Shown here: one piece after another, positions 63,872 through 64,000 of the stretch
Position numbering within the stretch: the first letter of the stretch is position 1
How the letters are laid out: each line of letters begins with the position of its first letter
Notes under the pieces: generated by a model
Seen by the model: the letters and a program-made list of their open reading frames with translations, nothing else
What the model was told of the DNA's origin: nothing
Databases searched by the model: none
Position numbers and translations under genes: made by a program
Origin: Candidatus Latescibacterota bacterium
GTDB lineage: Bacteria > Latescibacterota > UBA2968
Direction: 5' to 3'
Length of the DNA stretch: 64,000 nt
Assembly: GCA_965204745.1 (NCBI GenBank)
Contig: OZ242010.1
Coordinates: 1,728,001 to 1,792,000, forward strand

Positions 63872-64000
63872 ATGAAAAACAAAAAAATCGCTGTAATTGG
63901 CGCGGGCAACATGGGCGGCGCGTTGATGGCCGGATGGATTCGGTCCAAACAAATCGCCCCCGAAAACATCACCGCAGTCGATCTCATCGCCGACGTGTTG
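63872..64000 (+). CDS. proC: Pyrroline-5-carboxylate reductase, N-terminus (runs off window)
   Basis: MKNKKIAVIGAGNMGGALMAGW...APENITAVD. Confidence 0.8.
   Translation, partial: MKNKKIAVIGAGNMGGALMAGWIRSKQIAPENITAVDLIADVL

Overview
GC-rich bacterial chromosomal window of core genes interleaved with accessory DNA. Core backbone: RND pump, ppk1, uppS-cdsA-dxr-rseP, moaA, sulfite/nitrite reductase-ferredoxin-gltB-gltD, kduD-like SDR, aldo/keto reductase, HU, holB-metG-tatD-rsmA-ilvE-proC. Most interesting accessory features: (1) an sxtJ/sxtK(DUF5989)/carbamoyltransferase module followed by six near-identical membrane-anchored SGNH paralogs whose differences cluster beside the catalytic residues; the 49-aa DUF5989 protein ends in a DltX/AlgI-like MIYTIF motif, suggesting an MBOAT-free tyrosine-shuttle relay for extracytoplasmic carbamoylation; (2) a parallel arylsulfotransferase/small Tyr-peptide/sulfotransferase triad; (3) a complete IS110 whose bridge-RNA guides are readable by eye and match an intergenic heptamer tract, which regains its phase when the element is removed; (4) four mosaic beta-propeller (GSDH-fold) paralogs with hypervariable loops, linked by a motif copied from the rsmA 3' end; (5) recurring 7/9/14-mer tandem repeats at gene junctions; (6) one REP-doublet cassette carried inside two different IS-end shells, one of which disrupts hicA. 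Family assignments are from motif recognition by eye; no searches were run, and mechanistic models are hypotheses.
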